Assembly: GCA_024679065.1 (NCBI GenBank)
Contig: JAGIQG010000006.1
Coordinates: forward strand, 41,850,001 to 41,914,000
DNA length: 64,000 nucleotides
Reading direction: 5' to 3'
Origin: Sphyrna mokarran
Taxonomy: Eukaryota
Below are positions 24,280 through 36,984 of the stretch, in pieces. The number at the start of each line of letters is the position of its first letter. Within the stretch, counting starts at the first letter, position 1. Under the pieces are notes generated by a model. It worked only from the letters and a program-made list of their open reading frames with translations. It did not search any database and had not been told where the DNA came from. Made by a program: the position numbers and the translations under genes.

Positions 24280-24690
24280 CTGGCCATTTAAGAGTTGATC
24301 ATGTTGCTGTGGGCCCAGAGTCACATAAAGGCCAGACCAGGTGAAAGAGCAGATTTCTCTCCATGATGGGCATTAGTCAACCAGATGGGCTTTTACACCA
24401 ATGGTTTCATAATTGTCTTCAGATTTTTAAGCTGAGATTTTTATTGAATTCTAATCGCACTATCTGCCGTGATGGGATTCGAACAGAGGTTCCCAGAGCA
24501 TTGGTCTGGGTGGGTTTTTAACAGTCTCACTCTACCCGAGACTGGAAAATCCTGCCTGAGATCAATAGACATTTCCATTATATGCTCTTTACTAGTTCTG
24601 ATTCCATGATAGGCGGGACAGTAGAATTCTGGTGTCTGAGTCTGTGGATTACTAGTCCAGTGACAATACCATTACACGACCACCTCCCTC
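24280..24690 (-). mobile_element. tRNA/CR1-tail SINE interrupted by a MITE
   Basis: Reverse B-box gggattcgaac; head ggattactagtccagtgacaataccattacac. Confidence 0.8.
24508..24634. mobile_element. Harbinger-like MITE
   Basis: gggtgggtttttaacag ... cagtagaattctggtg flanked by TCT on both sides, inside a SINE. Confidence 0.6.
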
Positions 24691-24988
24691 CATACTGAAT
24701 TAGTTTTCCTGCACCATTGCTGAGCGAATTATATCCTGGAGAAGCAGGTCTAAATATGGTCTAACTTAAAGAAAACTCTGAAAAACTAAGGTTGAAAAAC
24801 ATTATAATTAGCTGAATGGAAAGAGCAGGTATGCTCTGCAGCAAAATCACGGGCATCGGCTGACCACTATTGAATTCCCTCTTTAACATTGAATGCTGAC
24901 CTTCCAAATCATCCCTATTCCTCCATTATTCCCCTCTCCCAGAGAAGCTACCCTCACCTACCTACAGTCCACTGTCAATGATATTGAA

Positions 24989-25197
24989 CATGTGGAGATA
25001 CCATGATTGGATTGGGTAGGTACAGTATGAAGTGTCACCATACCTGATTAAAGTCCAACAGATTTATTTGATATCACAAACTTTCGGAACGCTTCTCCTT
25101 CATCAGGTGAGTCTCACCTGGTGAAGGAGCAATGGTCCGAAAGCTCGTGATACCAAATAAACCTGTTGGACTTTAATCTGGTGTTGCTAAACTTTTA
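24989..25197. mobile_element. Palindromic Penelope-type insertion with hammerhead motifs
   Basis: Imperfect palindrome centred near 25122; perfect 13 bp TSD CAATGATATTGAA at 24976-24988 and 25198-25210. Confidence 0.85.
25124..25150 (+). ncRNA. Minimal hammerhead motif (plus arm)
   Basis: UCAC-CUGGUGA-AGGAGCAAUGGUCC-GAAA-GC-UC-GUGA; the opposite arm reads UCAC-CUGAUGA-AGGAGAAGCGUUCC-GAAA-GU-UU-GUGA. Confidence 0.6.
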
Positions 25198-27184
25198 CAA
25201 TGATATTGAAGCCTAATATTCAACTTGTCTTCATTGGCAAGCTGCCTGGGACCAATCAATTTCTAAATTAATTGGTTTTAAACAAAGCATTATTTTAATT
25301 ATAACAATGGTATATTTCTTTCTTAATTTTAACACAAAGCAGCTTTTCACATGATATTTTATATTCACATGATATGGAACAAAGAGCCTGCCATCTTTAA
25401 TCTGTAAATTAATTGATGGGTTATACTCGTCTGATTAAAGAAATGTGCACATCAACCGACAAGACTGATCATCTACCTAATAATTAGACCAGGAACTAGT
25501 CATTTGGGAGTCGACAGGATATTATTATCAGCCGTGGCTCCACACATTTTCAATGCAATCTCACGATTTTGAAAGGCGACCTATTCACATTGCATTCATT
25601 ATGTCCGTTAGATATCGCGTTCTTGCAATATTTTACTAAAATTAAGCTTTAGCTTTTTGTTAATAAGTTGAATAAAATATTCTGAGTGACTTTAGCTGTG
25701 TGAGAATAATTTATGTCTTTTGCAATACAACATGACATGCAAAATGAAGAGAGTTGTGAAAGAACTCAGGCTTTTGCAGCTTTGTACATTAAACACAAAT
25801 GGCACTGTGACAGGCACATACCAATTACTATTACCTTTGGGACAATCTCTGAGTTTATTTCAGAATATCCCTTGCTTTAATACATACATTAATTATGATC
25901 GAGGGACTAGGCTTTTAGAGCTATTCATCAGAAATCAATTGAAAAGAAGTTAACTGAGACTTGATCTAGATTTACAAAGAGAATACAGCATTCTGCAGTT
26001 AACATTAAGTACTTGTCACCAGTTTAATTATCTAGTTGCTGTTTGCATCATATTTACCAGACATAAATCCTGAAAATCCAATTAAAACAATAATTAAGTT
26101 GTTGTTAATCTCCATCACGAACTTGAACATCAAGAGCAGACCACAGTATAGCTGCTTTCTGAATCATTATTTTGATCAGAGCTGTCCCGATAATTTTAGA
26201 AGCAGCAACAACCACAAAAAAACAGGAAATACTAGCCACCCAAAACACCATCTGAAAAGCTACTGTGTTCAAAATACAAACAAAATCGGCCATTGTTACC
26301 ATTAGAATACACTCTTCATGTTCATTGGAAAATGCAAGCGTATTCTAACTGACCTCTGCAAATCTGTAATTACTACAGCTTCTCAAATGGCCATGAAGTT
26401 GACAGCAGCTATTAACTTCTTTGCTACCCATTTCTTCCAGGCACTTGTAAAGAATTACATCAGCTTGATTTTCATACAGGAGGCAATAACTGTTTTATTT
26501 AACTTATCATGTCAGTAAATACCCTTCCCTAAAACTGAGCAACAGCAATAAGAGTTTGTTTGGTTATTAAGGATGCGGGTGTTATTTACTCGATAAATGT
26601 ATAAGTATGTGTGTGTGAATGTTATATATCCCAGACTAGAACACGTTTAAATAAATGGAGTACATTATTATTGTATAAATATGAAAATAGCACATGTCAA
26701 TGATATCTACATGTGTGTCTAAATCCCTAGTTCAACACATATCTCATTTATTCTACTTTGATCAATGGCAACCCAAATATTTCAGAGTTGAAAGATTATA
26801 CTGTTGATTGTAGGGTAATGTGCATAGTTGTCAACTTGTCTTTTTCTTCCGAGAAACGAGTTGATTCTATCATAGGCAATATAGTTATTATATGGATTTC
26901 AGTACTTGATGGAGCCAAATGCATGATTTAATAGATCAGGAGCTGAAAGATTCACACGTGAGAGAACATTGTTCACATAAGCCAGTAGATTTACTCAGGC
27001 AGACAGCACAATGAATGAGATCAATGCTGAACACCATGTGGGCTATGCAGGTAGTGCCCCCCTGCCCCTGACGAACAAACATAAGTCTTCATGTGCTAAG
27101 GGACATGATGGGAACTCATCTTTCCTTATTGCTTTCTCTATAAAAGCAAATGGAAGATTTGCACTTGTGCAACATATTTACGTT

Positions 27185-27470
27185 TTAGGCCAGCATTTAT
27201 TTCTGATCTCTAACTGCCTTCAAGAAGGTGGTGGTGAGCTGCTTTCATGAGCTGTTGCAGTCCGTGCAGTATAGATAAAGCCACAGTGCTGTAAAGAGGA
27301 AGTTCCAGGATTTCGAGCCAGCAACAGCGAAGGAATGGCGATATATTTCCAAGTCTGGATATATGAGATTTAGAGGGGAATATCTGGGTTGGAGTTCCCT
27401 TGTGCCTGCTACGCTAATCCCTTGAGACAGTAATAATAGTGGATATGGCAGGTGCTGCCTAAGGAGATTC
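27185..27470 (-). mobile_element. Old CR1-clade LINE 3' end
   Basis: Homologous to 21950-22240 (gccagcatttatt...atatatttccaagtc). Confidence 0.75.
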
Positions 27471-27474
27471 AGTG

Positions 27475-27856
27475 ATCACAGGATATCCCAGATTAGTCAA
27501 TCTTTGAAGTAAAATCAACATTGTAAAATGAGAAATATGGCAGGCACTTTAGTAAACTGCAAAGTCCCACAAACAATAATATGATAATAACCTGGTAGTC
27601 CATTTTTACTGATGTTATTTGATAATTAAATACTTGGCTGAGCACTGGACCAATCATCCCAGTTTTTCTTCATAATGGTACCACAGGATCTTTCCCATCT
27701 ATATGAGAGGGAAGACAGGGTCTTAGTTAACAACAACATAGCTCAGCCTCAGTACAGCATTGGAGTGTCAGCTTAGAGTTTGTGACCAAGTGCCAGGGTC
27801 AGAATTCGAACCATAATCTTCTGACTCGAGGGCAAGCAGGCTGACAACGAGAGCCC
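27475..27856 (-). mobile_element. DeuSINE (SacSINE1/AmnSINE-like)
   Basis: Reverse Deu-domain motifs (cccacaaaca, ggatctttcccatc, ttggagtgtcagc) and tRNA-like head (attcgaacc...ttctgactc). Confidence 0.7.
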
Positions 27857-28234
27857 TGTCATCTCTCACCACCCTGCCATTGCATTTGTATTGTCCTTTC
27901 ATCATTACACCAGAACTCAATCTTCCATTCACCCTCTATTGCTTTACCAAGTGGGGCATCAGTTCACCAAAGAGACTAAACAAAGACCTACATTTATTGT
28001 ATGGGAAACATATAGAGACACAATTCAAATTGTTAAACAGAAATACATTCCATTGAAAAAAAAACGCAGAAAGAAAAATCCATCTATGGCTTACTAAGGA
28101 AGTTAGAGGTTTGTAATGTGGCAATTAATGATAGTAAGTCTGAGAACTAGGAGTCTTCCCTCCCATATGGATGTGAAACATCCAAAATGGTACCAGTGCC
28201 CTGCCAAATATTTAACTATTAAACAACATCATTA

Positions 28235-29000
28235 TCATTTTGGAAGGTCTCATACAGACAGGAAATATACAGTAAATGGCAGAACCTTAGGAGTATTGAC
28301 AGGCAAAGGGATCTGAGTGTACGGGTACACAGGTCACTGAAAGTGGCAATGGAGGTGAATAAGGCAATCAAGAAGGCATACAACATGCCTGCCTTCATTG
28401 GCCGGGACACTGAGTTTAAAAATTGGCAGTTTTATAGAACCTTAGGCTGCACTTGGAATATAATGTTCAATTCTGGTCATCACACTACCAGAATGATGTG
28501 AAGGCTTTGGAGAGGATACAGAAAAAATTACCAAGATGTTGCCTGGTATGGAGGGCATTAGCTGTGAGGAACGATTGGAGAAACATGGTTTGTTCTCACT
28601 GGAATGATGGAGGTTGAAGGGTGACCTGATAGAACTCTACAAAATTATGAGAAGCATGGACAGATTGGATAGAAGCCTTTTCCAAGGCTGGAAAAGTCAA
28701 TTACTAGGGGCCACAAGTTTAAGGTGTGAGGGGCAAGGTTTAAAGGAGATGTAGGTGGCAGATGTTTTACACAGAGGGTGATGGGCATTGGAACTCGTTG
28801 TCAGGGGAGGTAGTGGCAGCAGATACGACAGTGACTTTTAAGGGCATCTTGACACGTACATGAATAGAAAGGGAACAGAGGGATATGGTCCCCAGAAGGA
28901 TAGGCGGTTTTAGTTAAGTCAGGCAGCATGGACCTTGTAAGCTTGGAGGGCTGAAGGGCCTGTTCCTGCGCTGTAATTTTTTTTGTTCTTTCTTCTTTGC
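28235..29000 (+). mobile_element. CR1 LINE 3' part
   Basis: HFGR...YTVNGR, DLSVRV, HLEY, RL.GDLIE; tail tttgttctttcttcttt. Confidence 0.92.
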
Positions 29001-29002
29001 TT

Positions 29003-29608
29003 TAGAAACCAGAAAAGGGCCACAGAAAAGTTGATAAAAAGGGAAAAAATAGAATGAGAGTAAAATAGTCAGAAATATAAAAACAGATTGTAAGAGCTTT
29101 TAAGAAACATAGAAAGGAGTATAGCTACAGTAGGTATTAGTCCCGATTAGGCAGAGAGAGAGAATATTGTCACAGGCATTGTGAGACATTGAACAAATAT
29201 TTTGTGTTTATCTTCAAGTAAAGAATATAAATTACATACTAGAAATAGTGGGTGATTTAATTAAAACATATAAGGGCCTTAAGAAGGTTGACATTGAGGA
29301 ATTGTAGAACACGGGGAACATGTCAGGATAAGGGACCGGCCATTTCGAGCTGAGATGAGGAGGAATTTCTTCACTCAAAGGGTTCTAAATCTTTGAAAAC
29401 TTCTACTCCAGAGGGTTATGGATGGTCAATTGTTGAAAATATTTGTGATTGAGATACATAAAGTTTTGATCTCTCAGGGAATTGAGCAATATGGGAGGTG
29501 GCAAGAAAGTAAAATGAAAGCAGATGACCAGCCATGTTCATATTAAATGGTGGAGCAGGCTTGAGTGGTCATGTGGTCTAACTTGCTTCGATTTCTTTAT
29601 GTTCATGT
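29003..29608 (+). mobile_element. Older CR1 LINE fragments (linker plus 3' end)
   Basis: aaacagattgtaagagcttt, ttgaacaaatattttg, gaggaggaatttcttcactcaaagg, tail ttctttatgttcatg. Confidence 0.8.
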
Positions 29609-30469
29609 TACAAGCAGTCCTTGGACTTCTGATATAACTGGTTGCTGGAGACCACGCAAAAATCAAAATGCCGTGAATAGGAATGGATTTCCCCACTGGA
29701 ACAATGTTAAAAATAAGAGATTGTTTCCATCAGCAGGGCAAGGCAGCCTTTTTACCAGCAACAAGCTCATTTCACGCAGGTTTTAGACATTCATCCAGAT
29801 GCATTCAAATATTTGCCAGAGAGCCACAGTTACCACTCTCCATAACTAGCTGAGCAAATGGCTTTAGCCTGCAGCCATAAAAGATCCCATTGTAATTAAT
29901 GGGTGATCAGACAGTGGGGCAAAATAATACATTTACTGGTAAATTGCAGCCTCACCTCTCAATTTTCAGAAGCAGTTTTTCAGTTTCTGGGCTCTAGCTT
30001 GGTCAGACAGCAGACTGCCAGCGGGCCACAGCACTGGTTCTCTGTAGCGACCTTCCAGCGTGGAGTTACAACCTGTGAGTGACGTGTGCTGGGGATCCAG
30101 TGATTCACAACTTCCCAGAGCTTGTTCAAAAATATCAAACTTATAAATCATATTTATAGACACATAAAATATGGCCTGCTGTGGCATCATAAATTCAAAA
30201 CAGTGTATCCATTTTTAAATGTTATAAATGCTGCTGGTCGTAACTTGAATGTTGTAAAGTTGAGGATTGCCTACATTAATTTAAAATAGAAGTTTTTTTT
30301 TTCATAGTTGCTCACAATTGTTGCTGGTTTCCATCCTTCTGGATGAAAGAACTTGAGATAGTTGCTGACAAACCAAATATGAATAGCAGTTTAAATTCCA
30401 CTTCAGCTTATGAATAGACAGACACGACTGTGTGAGTTGGCAGTCTCATTTTCAAATCTGACATTACAA

Positions 30470-30672
30470 ACGTGGTCTACTACATTCTTCCCAGAACTCC
30501 AAACAAGTTTCTACTGCAGTCACAATGCCAGAATAGCTCTTACTAAACCCTCAAATTACATCCTTCATGACAGTGACAAAGCCATGCTGTCTTCAATGGC
30601 ATCCTTGTGAAGTGTCATGAGATATTTTACCATGTTAAAGGTTCAATATTAATGCAACTTGTCCTTGTTATT
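30470..30672 (+). mobile_element. L2 LINE fragments
   Basis: HNARIAL...NYILHDSD resembles the RT HSTETAL..NDIL motif; L2-type tail tgttaaaggttcaatattaatgcaacttg. Confidence 0.55.
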
Positions 30673-31328
30673 TATTATGTAAAACAGTGAAGTATTTATT
30701 TTTAGATGTATCCCACAAAACATTCAGGTACTGTGAAATGGTTCATTAAATTTGTAACATGAATGAATTCAGACGCAATATCTATAAATTCTCCATGGTG
30801 TTGTATCTTCTTATTATTTCATATAGATATAGATTATTCAATGTGAAGACTTTCAGTGGACCCTGTAAGGGTACAGTGGCTAAAAGTTATACTGCTACTG
30901 ACTATCCCTTTATGATGCTCAGTCTGCTCTGGTAGACTAAATGGCAATATTCCACAGTATAAAGCAGAGTTATTAGATTGTCAATACACTTTACAACAGT
31001 GAGAAAGATGCTAGGGTCCACATTAGTATGAGAAGTTTCTTTGCACATTAGTCTAAAACATGTGTTGTCTGTGCCATTTGGGATTAATATCACCCTGCGT
31101 TGCACAATGGGGCTGCTGTGACACCGAATGAAAGGAAATCCTTATATTCCTATCACATCATCTAAGGACTCCATCTATAAGATCCCCCATTTGGTGGATA
31201 CCTTCACATAAGAAATGATACAGTTAAATGGGAATCTACAGATAAATGTTTTCTGTTTAGATTTTTCTTCCATTTCTGGTCAGATTCCCTTCTGCAATTT
31301 TGCTGCATTCTCTGTAATAGGAATATTA

Positions 31329-31530
31329 GGTGGAATCTGGCCTTCCCTCAGTGTGTTTCTCACAATAGGATGCAGTGCACTGTTTGCTGGTAGTGGGATC
31401 TTCTGGTCCCACCACGGTCAATGGGATTTCACACTAACTGCACCCATGCTGCCAGGAAACATGTGGCAGAGTTGTATCATCAATGGGACCAGAAGATCCC
31501 ATTGCATGGACAGACAGAGAATCCCTGCCA
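31329..31530. mobile_element. Harbinger-like MITE
   Basis: ggtggaatct ... gagaatccctgcc; body similar to 42084-42288. Confidence 0.55.
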
Positions 31531-31539
31531 ATGTTACCA

Positions 31540-32220
31540 CAAACATGACCCAAACTTCCAGTCACTTGCCATTTCAAATCATCATCTTGCTCTCATACAC
31601 ACATGTCCATGCTTAACCTGCTGCAGAGTTCCAGTGAAGACCAATGCAAATTGGAGGAACAAAACCTCAGCTTCCGATTAGACATGTTGCAGCCTTCTGG
31701 AGTCTAAATTGAGTTTAACAACTTCAGGTTAGGATCTTTTCCTCCATCTTGAATGCATTTTATTTTGTTTGCCCCAGTACAAGCCACCTCCCATCCCCAC
31801 CCCCCCAAACCACCTCCCCACTGCCCCAGCCAGGTAATCTGTCACTTATTCATTAGTTTTGCTTTCATTGAGTATTTGCTCAGGAGTAAACACATTCTCC
31901 TATTTTACCTTTATGCAACTATCAGCACCTTCTTTAGTCTTTAATGCTACCATGAACGCTCACTTTGTCTGATATCTATGGCATCGTCGTCAACCTCTCC
32001 TTAATCCCATCTACACTCGATCTTTTATTCTGTTCCATCTTCTCCATTCCCTCTCTAACTATGTAATCCATCACATTTTCAACACTTCCAGCATGAAAAA
32101 GTGTCACTTGGATTTGAAACATAACTCTGTTCCTCTCTCTACAGATGCTGCCCAACCTGCTGAAGTTATGGGGAATTTTCTGTTTTTTACTCAGATATCC
32201 AGCATTTTGCTTTTATTATT
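31540..32220 (+). mobile_element. Penelope-like element 3' part: GIY-YIG C-terminus, UTR, decayed hammerhead, tail
   Basis: 31552-31728 reads KLPVTCHF...KLEEQNLSFRLDMLQPSGV*IEFNNFR; tail ctacagatgctgcccaacctgctga. Confidence 0.85.
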
Positions 32221-32799
32221 TATTATATCTGTGTCTACGATTGGTTTCATTTATTTCAATGAAGGTTGAAGTCTCAGACAATCCTGATTGCCAGCGTAAT
32301 TTAAAAAAAAGATGCAGCTGCTTAGCCAGAGTTCGATTTGGGCTTAAATATTTCCAGACTGATTCTCAAACTCATCTATATTTCTGCTATCCCACTATCT
32401 ACTTTTTATTTTGAGTGACCAATTATTTGGAAGATTCAGAAATAGGATAGTTCAGCCAATCCTTTCAGTTTGTTCTTTTGTTGTCAATTAATTGTAACAC
32501 TTTCAATTTCACAGCAATTATGATTAATTAGCATATATTAGCCGACGTACTTTCATTACGTAAGGAGTCATTTTGTTGTACTTCCAACTTAAGAGACTTC
32601 TGCTTTGCTAGAATAAGCCATCCCTTCTAATGGGTATTGGATATTGTTTGTAATTTCCATGGTATCTCTCCTGAATGCCCAACATAACTTAGCTTTCAAA
32701 GGATCTTCTGCCAAAGCCTATGATGGTGATTGCAAGAATCAGCAGAAATTCATGTCCTTTGCATTGAAAAATTCATGTGATTAATTTAAAAAAAAACGA

Positions 32800-33705
32800 G
32801 ATACTATGGATATCTGAAATGAAAGCAGAAAAGGCTGGAAATCAATTCTTATAGAAGGTCACTGACCGGAAACCTGAACTCTTGTGTGAAATTCTCTTGA
32901 AAGTAGGCAGAGTGGTGCAATGGGCAGGACAAATCAGAGGAAGTCCGCAGCTAAAAGGCAGTTTTCCCTGCTGCATTGTGCAGCTCATAGCCAAAAGGAA
33001 ATGCAGTATGATATTATGCTGGCGGAGTGTGCTCTGATTGAGCCCGCCCCACCAGCAACTTCAGGCAAAAACGTTCAGGATGCTGTTTTTAAAGCATGCT
33101 TGTTACAGCAAATTAAAAATAAAACCTAACATTCCCTTCAAAAATCACCTCTTTCACAACCCCTCCCCCCACCAATACCCACAACCCCCACAGAGACTCC
33201 CCACCACTAAGGAACATCCCTCATAAAATATCCACCTATTCAAGGCCCTCCCCCCATCCACCGATAAACAATCTCCAGCACTGTATCAAGCACTGCTCAT
33301 GAAATTACTCCATATGATTGCCCAGGCCACTGCAGAGTGAGCTCTGTTCACCAGGTATATGTTATGAGGGACTTGTTATTCACATTGGCGTACCCTCATA
33401 TCAAAGTGAATAGGCAGTTTAACATAGAGGGACTATCAGGTTCAACATCCTGATAATTGCACTTAAATATATTCACATGGGGATCTCACATTGAACATTC
33501 CTGTAACATTTCTGTGGAAGAGCAGTGACAATTGAAACAGGAAATCCTGCCGATGTAAACTGAGTTTTGGGGCTGTTGTTTGGATCCTGCTCACGCTGCC
33601 AACCTCACCCCCAAAAACTAGGGTGCAAAACCTTCCAATCCTTTGTTCCTCTTTTGACCAATGCTGCTAAGTATTGATTTTTTCCAACATTTTCTGGTTA
33701 TTTTG
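32800..33705. mobile_element. Inverted Penelope tail structure interrupted by a Harbinger-like element (about 32885-33640)
   Basis: Reverse tail gcagaaaaggctggaaa, decayed hammerhead aaggtcactgaccggaaac, forward tail tttccaacattttctg. Confidence 0.5.
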
Positions 33706-33841
33706 CCAATTAGCAAATTGATTTTGTGACCATTTTGAATAAAATAGAGAAAAATGTCTATTTCTATCACAAAACCTGATTAGAGTTATAAGTTGCGTTT
33801 GTCATGGTTGGGTGGGGTGGGAGTACAGCCTGGAAAGTGAA

Positions 33842-33990
33842 ATAAGAACATAAGAAATAGGAGCAGGATAGGCCATCCAGCCCCTCAAGCCTGCCCCATT
33901 CAGATTTACAGTGATCTGCCAAATGCTGGAACAGATTTGAGGGAGACAAGTGGACTACTGCTACTCCTGGGTCTAATGTTCTTCTAATCT
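33842..33990. mobile_element. CR1 3' tail fragments in opposite orientations
   Basis: ataagaacataagaaataggagcagga (minus) followed by gactactgctactcctgggtctaatgtt (plus). Confidence 0.6.
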
Positions 33991-34291
33991 TCTCTCGTGA
34001 TTAAATTTTCATCTTTCAGCTTCAAAACATTGTTCATTTCTATCACTGCTAAGTTGCTCATTTGTGATTGTTAAAGGATAACTGCTGAATAACCCGAAGC
34101 AGGAACGTTTTCTTCAGATGAAATCACTTTCCACCAAATGTGAACAAAATTTGATCAAAGATTTCCTTGCTTTGAGTGAAAGAAAAAAGAAAAAAAAACT
34201 ACAAACATTGAAATTAGAAACAGAAACTGCAGATCATCATTTACATGTCGATACAGGCTGCATGAACAGAGACAAACATCATTAGAATAAA

Positions 34292-34830
34292 AAAAACAAT
34301 AATTTGCAAATGTAAAGTGTCTTTAATGTGGTAAATGTCCTAAGCTGTTCAGTGGAATAATCAGACAAAGGTGGATGCCAAAATAAAGGTGATGATTGTC
34401 AGATGATGAACGTATGTTTGTACAGAGAGGTGCATTGTAAGGATGGCTTTATAGGAAGACAGGTGATGGAGTGATTTAGTAAAGGAACAGAGTTTAGGAA
34501 TTAGATAATGTAAGTGTCAATGGTTGGAGTGAATGAAGAGAGGTGATGGACAAAATACCAAAATGAGTAAAATGAAGAGCTCTGGAGTGTGGCTGTGAGG
34601 TTGACAGTTTAGTCACTGAAATAGAAAAAGGTGAGGTCATAAAGTGGTTTTAATACAGGGCAGGAAATGAAACTATTGTTGGAGATGCTCTCACGTTTGG
34701 ATGGCTAAAAACAAAGACAAATGAGGGCAATCCAAATGAGCTGGATAATAAAGGAAAGGTACTCACAAACAGTACTGAATAGAAGGCTGCAGAAAGTTCA
34801 TGGAGGATGAGGAAAAATAGTGCCATATGG
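34292..34830 (-). mobile_element. Degenerate L2 LINE 3' region
   Basis: Reverse L2 tail aacaataatttgcaaatgtaaagtgtctttaatgt; colinear with 36985-37435. Confidence 0.55.
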
Positions 34831-36339
34831 TCATAGTTATAGTACATATCATTTGTGCCTTTACTTACAGCCATTTTGGTTCTGTAGCAGGACAGATAGC
34901 TGATTGATGAAATTCAAACATAAAGTTGCAAGACAAATGCCCACAGACTTCAGGTGACAACATGAGGAAAGACAAGTTGAAGATGGGACACAATTTTGCA
35001 AGGATGGAGGGTTTGGGGAGGGAAGTCTTAACAGTTAAAATGGTGAGCAGGGATGGGGAACACAACAGAAATTTCACATTGTTTCACTGAGCAGAATGTA
35101 TTAAAATCTGAACTGTTGATAGGTGAAAAGAGACTGAAGTTAGTTTTCAGTCATGTTTTCATATTGAAACTCAGTTGAGCTGTGGGATGAAATGGCACTT
35201 TCATTGAGCAAGGCCAGATTCGAGTTTGATGGGCTTGACTGAGATTGGATCGAATTATTTTGAACCATCACCACCAAGCTTTTTGCTTATCCAGGTCACT
35301 GCAGCCTTGTATTATAACACGTACCAACAGGGTCATCCTCATCTCCCACTTTATTGAGAAATAACAACATTGTAAATCTCCTGAGCTTTAAACTGGTGCA
35401 GCGGAAATGATCTGTTGTAACCTTATGTCCCTGTTTATCAACAGGGTGAAAGCTGTAAAGTATCACTGTTTTGTAGGGCACTTGGTATCTCTAATTAAAT
35501 ATTTTTTAGAATATAGTTTGTCGACAAATGTGAAGCAACAAAAATCAAAACAAACTCTTACAAATTATCTCAGAGGTTGAGTGGTATCACACCTCTGTAA
35601 GTAAGTTGTGCACCTTGGGATTTGACTCATCCTTCTACATATCTATCTGCACTTAGCAAGGCCCGGATATGTGATAATAGAACCTTCTTGTGACCAAAAC
35701 TAGATAGCTGTGCCTTTCCACAGACAGACAAACTAAAACTAGGTGAGACAAAGCTTTATTTGAATGATTAGGTCATTAGGTCATCTCTAAGTTTTGCGAT
35801 GCAAACTAGAAAAATGGCCATAGTTATATATGAGCTCAGATGAATGAGTGCTTGTCTTTCATCACGTGCTTACAGGATGCAACAGGGAAATTTTGGTCTG
35901 ATCCCACGGGATATTTTTTATAATCGTCATTTAATTTCATCCAGATATTCAAGTAGACGACAATAATGCATCACCAAATGCAATAGTGTAATTAAGAGAA
36001 GAGATTAGTTCAAGAAGCGACATTAGCCCAGCACTGGCAATATCCCACAGAACTCCCTGTGCTCCATTAAACTCCCTGAGGGGCAGGTTAGAAGTGTTTT
36101 TGGGAGAACATTTTGCAGATCTCCCACCGCATTCAAAATAAGACATTCTGAAGGATGCCAGAACTAATAAACCCTCTTGAAACCTTGCACATTATTGTGC
36201 CAATTATAAAGTGTACAATATGAAAATAATTTACACAATAATTTAGATTTATATGGGTGTCTTTAACATCATGAGATATCCCTGATGTTTTGAATTCTGC
36301 AGATATATTGAGTGGCTGGAAGGCACACCTGAATTAAGG

Positions 36340-36730
36340 GAAAGAAAGAAAAACTTGATTTATGTGGCAGCTTTCATAACCAGCGGGCTTCCCAAATCAC
36401 TTCACAGCCAATGAAATACTTATTGAAGTGTAGTTGCTGCTGTAACATAGGATGTGAATTGACTAATTTGTATACAGCAACCTCTTGCAAACAGCAATAT
36501 GATAATGGTCAGATCTTTTTTTTTTGTTATTGCTATGTGATTGTTTATTTTCTCTGGAGAGGGCAATTGTACATCCTAAACAGTACGGCCATGTGATTGC
36601 ATAGCAATATGAAAGTTCCTGCGGAGGTTACACACAAAAAAAGTAAAAGAACTGTGCTATCAAAAATATTGCCAAGCAATATTGCAGACCATGCCTCAGT
36701 TTGACATCTCATCTGATAGCATCTGTGACA
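36340..36730 (-). mobile_element. DeuSINE (SacSINE1-like), partial
   Basis: gaaagaaagaaaaacttg...cacagccaatgaaatacttattgaagtgtag...aaacagcaat; cctcagtttgacatctcatctga. Confidence 0.75.
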
Positions 36731-36848
36731 ATTAAAAAAAATCATAATTTATAGGAAATGGATGTTGTTGGCTAGATAAGCACTTATTGTCCATCCCTAG
36801 TTGTCCTTGGGAAGGTAGTGTGGAGCTGCCTTTATGAATAGCTGCAGT

Positions 36849-36970
36849 CATAGAATTACAGACTCTACAACACGCAGAGGGGCCTTCGGTCAAATTGGTC
36901 CATGTCGACCAAAATGCTCATCTAAGCTAATCCCAATTGCCTGTATTTGGCCCATCTCCCTCTAAACCTT
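36849..36970 (-). mobile_element. CR1 3' tail fragment (adjacent old CR1 tail 36755-36848)
   Basis: catagaattacagac...ggccttcgg...tggcccatctccctctaaacc. Confidence 0.7.
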
Positions 36971-36984
36971 GTAAGGCTTATAAA

